A DNA stretch of 32,000 nt, taken from positions 2,970,001 to 3,002,000 of the forward strand of contig NZ_CP065936.1 of assembly GCF_003367075.2 (NCBI RefSeq), in the 5' to 3' direction. Below the pieces are notes generated by a model that was not told the DNA's origin, did not search any database, and saw only the letters and a list, made by a program, of their open reading frames with translations. Both the position numbers and the translations under genes were made by a program. This DNA is from Cylindrospermopsis raciborskii Cr2010. Lineage in GTDB: Bacteria; Cyanobacteriota; Cyanobacteriia; Cyanobacteriales; Nostocaceae. Positions 1-7,642 of the stretch are shown in pieces; within the stretch, counting starts at the first letter, position 1; each line of letters opens with the position of its first letter.

Positions 1-1080
1 GAAGTGGTACATAATACCGTTAGCCTGGGGAATATGTCTACACTGAACTGCCCTGAAGAAGTATATTTAGCAGAGCGTTTGGTAGAATTACATCCTTGGG
101 CTGATATGGTGAGATTCGCCAGGACCGGGGGTGAAGCCAATGCCATTGCTATTCGGATTGCCCGTGCTGCTTCAGGAAGGGATAAAGTTGCTATTTGTGG
201 TTATCATGGCTGGCATGATTGGTACTTAGCTGCTAACTTGGGAGATGAGCAAAACTTAGCGGGTCATCTTTTACCAGGTTTAGAACCCAATGGAGTCCCC
301 CAGGATCTGCGGAATACAATTTACCCTTTTAACTACAATCACTTTGATGAGTTAGAAGCTCTGGTGAGAAATAATGATATCGGTGTCATCAAAATGGAGG
401 TTTCTCGCAGTGAGGGTCCCCAAGCTGGTTTTTTGGAAAAGGTGAGACAACTGGCCACCGATAAAGGAATCGTTTTGATCTTTGACGAATGTACTTCTGG
501 ATTTCGCCAAACTTTTGGTGGACTTCACAAGCTGTATGGTGTGGAGCCAGATATGGCGATGTTTGGTAAAGCCCTAGGCAATGGTTATGCCATTACGGCT
601 ACAATCGGAAGGCGTGAGGTCATGGAAGCGGCTCAAACCACATTTATCAGTAGTACCTTCTGGACAGAACGCATTGGACCCACAGCTGGTCTAAAAACTC
701 TAGAAGTTATGGAACGGATCCAATCCTGGGAACAAATTACTCAGACAGGCAAAAAGATTGGTGAAAGGTGGAAAAAATTAGCTGATAAGTATGGTTTAAA
801 TCTAAAAGTTTCAGGCTTACCCGCATTAATTGGGTTTAGTTTCCCTGGTTCGAGAATGTTGGAATACAAAACACTGATTACACAAGAAATGTTAGCCCAG
901 GGTTATTTAGCAGCTAATAGTGTTTATGTCTGCACAGAACATACTCAACAAGTATTAGATGGTTATTTTGATGCCCTTGATCCTGTATTTAGTTTAATTG
1001 CAGAATGTGAAGCAGGTCGAGACCTAACAACATTGCTCAAAAGTCCAGTTTGTCACAGTGGCTTCAAGCGCCTAAATTAG
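1..1080 (+). CDS. Class-III PLP-dependent aminotransferase (glutamate-1-semialdehyde aminomutase-like), 5'-partial at the window edge
   Basis: Frame 1 is open from base 1. Family motifs are present: TGGEANAIAIRIARA, GYHGWHDWY, DECTSGFR, and a PLP-lysine context MFGKALGNGYA. It is followed 3 bp later by the next sugar-modification gene. Confidence 0.8.
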   Translation, partial: EVVHNTVSLGNMSTLNCPEEVYLAERLVELHPWADMVRFARTGGEANAIAIRIARAASGRDKVAICGYHGWHDWYLAANLGDEQNLAGHLLPGLEPNGVPQDLRNTIYPFNYNHFDELEALVRNNDIGVIKMEVSRSEGPQAGFLEKVRQLATDKGIVLIFDECTSGFRQTFGGLHKLYGVEPDMAMFGKALGNGYAITATIGRREVMEAAQTTFISSTFWTERIGPTAGLKTLEVMERIQSWEQITQTGKKIGERWKKLADKYGLNLKVSGLPALIGFSFPGSRMLEYKTLITQEMLAQGYLAANSVYVCTEHTQQVLDGYFDALDPVFSLIAECEAGRDLTTLLKSPVCHSGFKRLN

Positions 1081-1083
1081 AAA

Positions 1084-1770
1084 ATGGTTAAGTCTATACT
1101 TGTTATAGCTGCTCACCCAGATGATGAAGTATTGGGCTGTGGAGGTGCGATCGCATCTTACACTGCTCAAGGGGTGCCAGTAAACATTATATTTTTAGCT
1201 GATGGCATTTCTTCCCGCGATGCCCACAACATATCAGAGCTGGAATGTCGTCACCTAGCTGCCAAAAAAGCAGCACACTGTTTGGGAATTTCTGACATCA
1301 GTTTCAGTGATTTTCCTGATAACCAACTGGATACAGTTCCCCTATTATCAATAGTAAAACAGGTAGAACAGGCGATCGCTCGTTATAGACCGGATACAGT
1401 TTTTACCCACCATGTTGGAGATGTAAACATAGATCATCAAAAAGTACATCAAGCGGTAGTGACAGCATGTCGTCCCCAACCCCAACATCCGGTCAAAACT
1501 CTCCTATTTTTTGAAGTAGCTTCCAGCACTGAGTGGCAACCCCCCGGATCGGCGCCCAATTTTCAACCCAACTGGTTTATAGATATTTCCCATACCTTGA
1601 CCTTAAAACAGCAAGCGTTGGCTTTTTACAAGGAGGAGTTGCGTCCTTTCCCCCATTCCCGCTCTCAAGAAGCAGTTACCGCTTTAGCACGATGGCGTGG
1701 AGCAACAGTGGGAGTGAAAGCAGCAGAAGCCTTTATTCTAGGGAGACACCTGGATGAAAGTAGCCATTAG
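1084..1770 (+). CDS. PIG-L/LmbE-family N-acetyl-sugar deacetylase
   Basis: The N-terminal signature AHPDDEVLGCGG and the later HxxH-type region (HHVGDVNIDHQ) are typical of the PIG-L family. The 3' end overlaps the pseG start. Confidence 0.8.
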   Translation: MVKSILVIAAHPDDEVLGCGGAIASYTAQGVPVNIIFLADGISSRDAHNISELECRHLAAKKAAHCLGISDISFSDFPDNQLDTVPLLSIVKQVEQAIARYRPDTVFTHHVGDVNIDHQKVHQAVVTACRPQPQHPVKTLLFFEVASSTEWQPPGSAPNFQPNWFIDISHTLTLKQQALAFYKEELRPFPHSRSQEAVTALARWRGATVGVKAAEAFILGRHLDESSH

Positions 1771-3322
1771 AGTAGACTCTTCCCATCCCATGGGGTCTGG
1801 ACACTTAGTGCGTTGTCGCACCTTAGCAGAGGAATTACGCCTTCGAGGTGCGGATGTGAGATTTATCTGTCGGGATCACCCCGGTAATTTAGTCCACCTG
1901 CTTACCCGATCTGCTTTTTCTGTTACCGTTTTACCAGCACCGCCACTGTGTGAACCAACAGCAGAATACTACACTCAGTGGTTAGGAGTCAGTTCAGAAA
2001 CCGATGCAGCAGAGACCATAGAAGCTTTAGAGGGAGAAATTCCCGACTGGTTAATTGTAGACCATTATGGCATAGACCAATTTTGGGAGAGGAAATTGCG
2101 CCCCCATGTGGGTAAGATTCTAATCATAGACGACTTAGCTAATCGCCCCCATGATTGTGATGTGTTACTGGATCAGAATTACCAGTTACCCAATCATAGT
2201 TATGAGAAATTAGTACCTAATGATTGTCAATTGCTTTTGGGTTGCCATTATGCCTTACTGAGTCCCGAATATTGGCAATATCGTCAGACCTTAGCTTCCC
2301 GTAATGGTAAATTAGAGCGAGTGCTGATTTTCTTGGGTGGTACTGATCCGCAAAACATTACAGGTAAAGTCCTATCCGCCCTGTCTGCTCCAGAATTTGC
2401 CTTCTTACATTTGGACGTAGTAGTAGGTTCTAGTAATCCCCATAAACTACTATTACAACAACAAATTCAACAGCGTCCTCGAACCAATTTTTATGAAAAC
2501 CTTCCTCACCTAGCCCAGCTAATGGCTCATGCGGATTTAGCCATTGGAGCTGGAGGTACAACTACTTGGGAAAGACTGTGTTTAGGATTACCTAGCCTAG
2601 TCATTAGTATTGCGGAAAACCAAGTTCCAGCTTGTTTGGCTTTGTCGGATGTGGGGGCCATTATTTACCTAGGCACTGCCAATACAGTCAAAATAGAGGA
2701 TATACAAAATTCAATAAGTTCGCTGTTTCATAATACCGATACCCTAGAGAAAATATCTTATGGATGTAGACACTATGTAGATGGGTTAGGAGCGAAAAGA
2801 GTTACAGAGTATTTGAAACCGACTCATCAAAATCAACTAAGGCTAAGGCGAGCAAGAATAACAGATAAGTGGTTTTATTATACTTGGGTAAATGATATAG
2901 AAGTGCGTCGTCAGTCTTTTAATTCAGAACCTATCAGTTGGCAAGAACATGAAGCTTGGTTTGACAGAAAAATAGCAGATAATGATTGTTACCTTTGTGT
3001 ATTAGAAGCATCCGACCTACCGATTGGACAAATTCGTTTTGACCTAAAAGATGAAGAAGCACTAATTGACTATTCCCTAGATACCCTAGTAAGAGGAAGA
3101 GGTTGGGCTACCTCTCTTGTAAAAATGGGGGTAGATACTTTAGACTCTCTTAAACCCAAATACTTAAGAGCGGATGTAAAGTCTGATAATCCAGCATCGA
3201 GTGCGGTGTTTTTGCGCCTAGGTTTCCAAGAGGAAGATCCGTCATTCAATCAGAACCTTCAATCAGAACCTTCAATCAGAACCTTTCGCTTACCATTCTA
3301 TCCGACAGTCAAAGTTGGTTAA
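1754..3322 (+). CDS. pseG: PseG-like UDP-sugar hydrolase fused to a C-terminal PseH-like GNAT N-acetyltransferase domain. The present stop results from a frameshift at a 13-bp tandem repeat.
   Basis: The N-terminus IRVDSSHPMGSGHLVRCRTLAEEL is PseG-type GT-B. A C-terminal domain of about 150 aa (WVNDIEVRRQSF...IGQIRFD...RGRGWATSL...FLRLGF) is GNAT-like. The last 22 codons, after the repeat, read as low-quality sequence. Confidence 0.8.
   Translation: MKVAIRVDSSHPMGSGHLVRCRTLAEELRLRGADVRFICRDHPGNLVHLLTRSAFSVTVLPAPPLCEPTAEYYTQWLGVSSETDAAETIEALEGEIPDWLIVDHYGIDQFWERKLRPHVGKILIIDDLANRPHDCDVLLDQNYQLPNHSYEKLVPNDCQLLLGCHYALLSPEYWQYRQTLASRNGKLERVLIFLGGTDPQNITGKVLSALSAPEFAFLHLDVVVGSSNPHKLLLQQQIQQRPRTNFYENLPHLAQLMAHADLAIGAGGTTTWERLCLGLPSLVISIAENQVPACLALSDVGAIIYLGTANTVKIEDIQNSISSLFHNTDTLEKISYGCRHYVDGLGAKRVTEYLKPTHQNQLRLRRARITDKWFYYTWVNDIEVRRQSFNSEPISWQEHEAWFDRKIADNDCYLCVLEASDLPIGQIRFDLKDEEALIDYSLDTLVRGRGWATSLVKMGVDTLDSLKPKYLRADVKSDNPASSAVFLRLGFQEEDPSFNQNLQSEPSIRTFRLPFYPTVKVG
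3245..3285. repeat. Perfect tandem repeat of TTCAATCAGAACC (13 bp) x3 plus 2 further bases
   Basis: Read directly: 3245-3257, 3258-3270 and 3271-3283 are identical. The unit length is not a multiple of 3. Confidence 0.95.
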
Positions 3323-3339
3323 ACAACTACATTGCCCAA

Positions 3340-3930
3340 TTGTTAACAGACTGGTTAGAGGAAGGTCATCATGTTAAGTGGACACACCACATCAGAGACT
3401 TGCAAGGTGGGGATCTATGCTTCTATCTCAGTTATGGCAAGATTGTTCCTCCGTCTGTTCTGTCACAATTTAAACACAACCTAGTAGTGCATGAGAGTGA
3501 ACTACCGCAAGGTAAAGGTTGGTCACCGCTGACCTGGCAAATTCTGGAAGGCAAAAATGACATTCCTGTAACCTTGTTTGAAGCAGCAAAACAGGTAGAC
3601 AGTGGGAATATATATTTACAGCAATGGTTACATTTCCAAGGTCATGAAACCATAGATGAGCTGCGCCACGCCCAAGCCCAGTCCACATTAGAATTGTGTA
3701 AGGAATTTGTCAGAGAATATCCCGACATATTAAAAAGAACTCGACCTCAAGTGGGTAAATCCTCATTCTATCCCCGTCGAACACCCCAAGACAGTAAGCT
3801 GGATCCGCATATTTCCATAGGTGATCAGTTTAATTTACTACGGGTGGTAGATAATGAACGTTACCCGGCATTTTTTGAGTGGGCAGGTCGATTGTACGTA
3901 GTTAAAATTTATGTTCAACCTGCTCTGTGA
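3340..3930 (+). CDS. Formyltransferase-domain protein (Fmt N-terminal-domain family). It is probably the displaced C-terminal part of the pseG-GNAT ORF.
   Basis: HESELPQGKGWSPLTWQILEG matches the formyltransferase HxSLLPxxRG motif region. The same frame stays open upstream to 3190 and reads LTILSDSQSWLNNYIAQLL (3289-3339), a typical formyltransferase first strand. That stretch has no ATG/GTG/TTG before the TTG at 3340. Confidence 0.7.
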   Translation: MLTDWLEEGHHVKWTHHIRDLQGGDLCFYLSYGKIVPPSVLSQFKHNLVVHESELPQGKGWSPLTWQILEGKNDIPVTLFEAAKQVDSGNIYLQQWLHFQGHETIDELRHAQAQSTLELCKEFVREYPDILKRTRPQVGKSSFYPRRTPQDSKLDPHISIGDQFNLLRVVDNERYPAFFEWAGRLYVVKIYVQPAL

Positions 3931-3971
3931 CTCGACTTTAGAACCTACCTCCTGTTTCATCGTAGTCTCAA

Positions 3972-4330
3972 GACGAAGGAGATGATTATGCAGTTAATGA
4001 GTCATAATTTTTACAACAGGTGATTGCGAAGCACTCCCTACGGGAGATCTACTTTGCGATCGCCCATAGGGAGTGCTTTGAAGTCGCATTTATATATATT
4101 CCGTTGGTTTGTTGGGTTTCGTGCTTCAACCCAACCTACGATTACCCACGACAAAACCAGTCGGGTTTAACCGACTTGGGCTTTGAGACCGAGAATTGAT
4201 TCCCGGTCTCCCCCACGGACAGTCTCCAGGTAAGGGTTGATTCAACCCAATAATGGTTAATTCCCCAGCGAGCTCCTGTAAGGAGTGCTTCGCGATCTCG
4301 CAAGTGCGAGTGCTTCGCAATCGCCCATTT
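3972..4330 (+). repeat. Rpn-gene scar (3972-4017) followed by copy 1 of a hairpin-rich HIP1-containing repeat element
   Basis: 3972-3995 equals 4908-4931 inside the Rpn-like gene. 3996-4017 equals 5258-5279, the stop region of that gene. The rest aligns to 5280-5575. It has imperfect 28-bp terminal inverted repeats (4022-4049 versus 4270-4297, 24/28 by eye) and several internal stem-loops. Confidence 0.75.
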
Positions 4331-4347
4331 AATTTAAATTCACATAT

Positions 4348-5259
4348 ATGAAAACGGATAAATGGTTTTATAAATTATTTTTGTTACAACCGGGGATGCT
4401 GGCGGAGTTAATCCCTGGGGTAGATGCCCATTGGCAGTTTAGTTATAGCGCCCAGGTAATAAAGGAAACTGAATTTGATTTTGATGGCATTTTTACACCG
4501 CTAACGGATGACCCTACAGTCCCCATAGTGTTTGCAGAAGTCCAGATGCAAACAGAAAAGAATTTCTACCGACGATTTTTTGCTGAGATTTTTCTTTACT
4601 TAAAACAGTATGAAGTAAATCGCCCGTGGAAAGGTTTGTTGATTTTGCCCAGTCGAGGCTATAATGTGGGTGCGGAGTTACCTTACCGAGAGTTGTTGGA
4701 GCGAAGAGTAACGCGGCTGTACCTAACGGATTTGAGGGAAAGGCAAAACCTGAGTCCCAATTTTACCTTGTTACAGTTGTTAGGAACGAATGAGGAGGAG
4801 AGTGGGGAGATAGGTAAGGAACTGTTGCAAAGTGCAGAAACGGAGCCAGAGTTTGAGCATCGGTTGAGTTTGATAGAGACTATACTAGCAAATAAGTTCC
4901 CAGATTTGACGAAGGAGATGATTATGCAGTTGCTGGATTTGAAACAAACGGATATTACCCAGTCTCGTTTTTATCAAGAGATTCGTCAGGAGGGTCTCCA
5001 GGAAGGTCGCCAGGAAGGTATCCAGGAGAGTCTCCAGAAAATGGTGATTCGCCAACTAACTCGGCGACTGGGGGAGTTGTCGGAGCAACGGTTGGGACAG
5101 ATCCGGCAATTGTCAGTACCTCAATTAGAAGCACTGGCTGAATCTTTACTGGACTTTAGACAGATTTCTGATTTAGAAGCATGGTTAAAAGATTCACAAA
5201 AGTTCAATGATCTAAAACCACAAGTTGATATCCAAAATGGCAATCAACTAGATGTGTAA
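4348..5259 (+). CDS. Rpn/YhgA-like putative PD-(D/E)XK nuclease (cyanobacterial DUF2887-type N-terminus) with a DUF4351-type C-terminal module
   Basis: The N-terminus MKTDKWFYKLF...LAELIPG and FAEVQMQ resemble the cyanobacterial Rpn/putative-transposase family. It has a QEG-repeat linker. The C-terminus LEALAESLLDFRQISDLEAWL is shared with the two other paralogs in this window. Confidence 0.7.
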   Translation: MKTDKWFYKLFLLQPGMLAELIPGVDAHWQFSYSAQVIKETEFDFDGIFTPLTDDPTVPIVFAEVQMQTEKNFYRRFFAEIFLYLKQYEVNRPWKGLLILPSRGYNVGAELPYRELLERRVTRLYLTDLRERQNLSPNFTLLQLLGTNEEESGEIGKELLQSAETEPEFEHRLSLIETILANKFPDLTKEMIMQLLDLKQTDITQSRFYQEIRQEGLQEGRQEGIQESLQKMVIRQLTRRLGELSEQRLGQIRQLSVPQLEALAESLLDFRQISDLEAWLKDSQKFNDLKPQVDIQNGNQLDV

Positions 5260-5575
5260 TGAGTCATAATTTTTACAACTGGCGATTGCGAAGCACTCCC
5301 TACGGGAGCTCTACTTTGCGAGATCCCATACGGAGTGCTTTGGAATCGCATTTATATATATTCCGTTGGTTTGTTGGGTTTTCTCAACCCAACTACAAGC
5401 ACCCACGACAAAACCAGTCGGTTGAAAACCGACTTGAGCTTTGAGACAGGGAATTGATTCCCGGTCTCCCCCACGGACAGTCTCCAGGTAAGGGTTGATT
5501 CAACCCAATAATGGTTAATTCCTTAGCGAGCTAGGAAGTGCTTCGCGATCGCCCTTTTGTTTTAAAATAAACTTA
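5260..5575 (+). repeat. Copy 2 of the hairpin-rich repeat element
   Basis: Aligns to 3998-4330 with indels. It contains an 18-bp stem (5283-5300 with 5331-5348). It also contains the GTTGGGTT..AACCCAAC, AGTCGGTT..AACCGACT and GAGAC(A/C)GGGAAT..ATTCCCGGTCTC stem-loops and a terminal GAAGTGCTTCGCGATCGC. Confidence 0.75.
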
Positions 5576-5586
5576 ACTCATATATT

Positions 5587-6009
5587 ATGTTGCAAGCCAC
5601 CACTATACACATTTCTTATAAAAACAATTTACACAATATACTCCCAGATATAAAAGAACTACTGGACACTTGTTATCCCCGACCACCACGTAATGTTTTT
5701 TACCTCCTGATAGAGAAATACTGTGTTGGATTTCCTGTTTATATAGCCAGTGACAACTTTAACAGAATTGTCGGATTTACCTACCTAGCTATCAACAGCA
5801 AGGGGGGAACTCTAGAATCCTTAGCCGTGCATCCCGACTTCAGAAATCAAAACCTAGGTTCCCAGCTAGTTAACACCCTTCTCAAGGAGAATAAGGGAGT
5901 GATTCAAATTACGACCCGTGTTCCCAAATTTTTTGAGAAACTGGGCTTTGAGTATGTAAAAACCCTTCCCGACCAATCGCACTACATGATAAATATCAAC
6001 TTTAGTTAA
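5587..6009 (+). CDS. Small GNAT-family N-acetyltransferase (copy 1)
   Basis: Has the GNAT motif-A region LESLAVHPDFRNQNLGSQLV. About 96% identical at protein level to 17676..18098. Confidence 0.75.
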   Translation: MLQATTIHISYKNNLHNILPDIKELLDTCYPRPPRNVFYLLIEKYCVGFPVYIASDNFNRIVGFTYLAINSKGGTLESLAVHPDFRNQNLGSQLVNTLLKENKGVIQITTRVPKFFEKLGFEYVKTLPDQSHYMININFS

Positions 6010-6737
6010 ACATATTCCTATGAGCATTGCGATCGCAAGTAAAATATTAGGTAAAAGTCATCCCCCATTCATAATTGCGGAGATGTCGGGTAACCACAAC
6101 CAGTCTCTTGAAAGAGCCCTAGAAATAGTAGAAGTAGCAGCGAAAGCGGGTGTTGATGCACTCAAACTCCAGACCTATACAGCAGATACCATGACACTAG
6201 ACATAGAGACAGGGGAATTTTTCATTAACGATCCCAACTCTTTATGGCAAGGAAACTCACTACACAAACTTTATCAGCAAGCCTATACACCATGGGAGTG
6301 GCACGAGCCAATATTCAAACGTTGTGAAGAGCTAGGAATAATTGGTTTTAGCACCCCTTTTGACGAGACAGCCATTGAATTTTTAGAGTCATTGAAAGTT
6401 CCCTGCTATAAAATAGCATCCTTTGAGAACACCGACCTACCGCTAATTAGAAGAGTTGCCAAAACGGGGAAACCCATGATAATTTCCACAGGGATGGCCA
6501 ATATATGTGAACTAGATGAAACAGTACGTGCTGCCAGGGAAGCGGGTTGTCAAGACATAATTTTGCTAAAATGCACCAGCACCTATCCAGCCAGTGCAGA
6601 GAACAATAACATCGCCACAATTCCCCACCTGCGAGATTTATTTAACGTAGAAGCAGGAATATCAGACCATACATTAGAGCTGTTGGGAAATAAAAGCATA
6701 TTTCCGGATGACAGAACTTCCCCCATCCCGATTGAAT

Positions 6738-7349
6738 TTATGCTGCATCTAAATAGAAGTTCCATAGCCCTGCACTGACCAACATCAATTGATCATCAAA
6801 ATCGGTCACACGATTCCTATATACAGAATGTACACAGTTATATCTCTTAATTCCAGAGTGAGCGTGCTCACACACAACTCGCTGACGACTGAGTTCTCGA
6901 TTCTCCTCCTTTTGCTGCTGTGTTAACTCCTTACCTTTCGGTTTCTTGTGTGGTAAATGGACATTGACAAATTCTTTCTCCAACCCATGAAAACCCAAAT
7001 CTCCCTCTATTGCTACTTCATCAGGAATGTATTGCACTATCTCTGATTCATGGAGTAGCCGTTTGTCATGCACTTTACCTGCTCTGGTTTTCGTCAGAAT
7101 AATCACTCGTTTCTCCCTTGTGCTGACTGTAATCTGCTTGCATGTATGCCGCTTTTTCTTGCCAGAGTAATACTCTTTTTGGCGTTCTCGGTTTTGAGGA
7201 CGCTGGACTGGACGCTCCGTACCATCCACAATCACCTCCTTCACATCTGGAAACCTTTTGGTGAATTCCTGCTCCTGAGTTTGCGTGCTGGCAAAACTTG
7301 CTTTTCTCCTAAAGTGGTTTCTAGCACAGACAGTAGTCGATGTACCCAA
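6738..7349 (-). CDS. IS transposase orfB (DDE_Tnp_4 catalytic part), in the -1 frame relative to orfA
   Basis: VIVDGTERPVQRP...YYSGKKKRHTCK...DLGFHG...RVVCEHAHSGIKRY are DDE_Tnp_4-type motifs. The meaningful homology starts around TQEQEFTKRFPDVKEV. Confidence 0.8.
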   Translation of the reverse strand: MGTSTTVCARNHFRRKASFASTQTQEQEFTKRFPDVKEVIVDGTERPVQRPQNRERQKEYYSGKKKRHTCKQITVSTREKRVIILTKTRAGKVHDKRLLHESEIVQYIPDEVAIEGDLGFHGLEKEFVNVHLPHKKPKGKELTQQQKEENRELSRQRVVCEHAHSGIKRYNCVHSVYRNRVTDFDDQLMLVSAGLWNFYLDAA

Positions 7350-7642
7350 TCATGAGCACAGGAGCGGTCAAAGTTGAACAACACACTCAGCAAGTCAAAC
7401 GTCGGATAACATTTGCAGTACAGCAGGATATAAAATAGTTTTTCCTCTATACTTCTGAGTGTAGGCTTGCGTCCGCCCCCGGGCGCACGTTTGCGGTTTG
7501 CTAAGGAGTTGAACACGGTGCGTTCATAGGTATCAGCAAACTGAGATAACAGCTCGTTGAATGCTTGGCGGTTAAGTCCAGTCATTGCTCGTAGCAGTCG
7601 CTCTTGATTCAGGATGCGGTCTAAGTTCAACATTAATGTCAC
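7241..7642 (-). CDS. IS transposase orfA (HTH N-terminal part)
   Basis: RKRAPGGGRKPTL...YILLYCKCYPTFDLL...DRSCAHDWVHRL is typical of the HTH_Tnp_4 N-terminal region. It overlaps orfB by 109 nt. Confidence 0.8.
   Translation of the reverse strand: MTLMLNLDRILNQERLLRAMTGLNRQAFNELLSQFADTYERTVFNSLANRKRAPGGGRKPTLRSIEEKLFYILLYCKCYPTFDLLSVLFNFDRSCAHDWVHRLLSVLETTLGEKQVLPARKLRSRNSPKGFQM

Noticed and set aside
1533-1757. Overlapping or antisense ORFs inside well-supported genes
   Set aside because: The ORFs are 1533..1757, 3470..3688, 6583..6765, 7068..7355, 10123..10332, 11562..11849, 12755..12949, 14562..14795, 15247..15549, 15568..15756, 15847..16065, 15992..16174, 16259..16576, 17137..17322, 17249..17431, 18672..18869, 21934..22167, 21953..22138, 24319..24579, 25119..25334, 25176..25361, 25872..26159, 26772..26957, 27323..27529, 27870..28052, 29416..29658, 29855..30097, 30171..30362 and 31625..31843. 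Each lies within or opposite a longer ORF with clear family motifs. They have biased low-complexity compositions and no recognisable motifs, so I treat them as shadow ORFs.
3245-3283. The 13-bp repeat as a coding peptide repeat (NQNLQSEPSIRT)
   Set aside because: The unit length is not divisible by 3, so the three units are read in three different phases. The downstream peptide (FRLPFYPTVKVG*) looks like out-of-frame read-through rather than a conserved tail.
3996-5575. Possible CRISPR array or tRNA-like genes in the repeated, highly structured intergenic regions (also 17448-17665)
   Set aside because: The repeats are long composite modules, not short units regularly interspaced with unique spacers. 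I could not draw a cloverleaf with an anticodon arm. The ORFs tracked inside them (4126..4320, 5259..5444, 17413..17721, 19155..19571) are translations of repeat DNA (for example ..GFSQPNY..) and are not credible genes.
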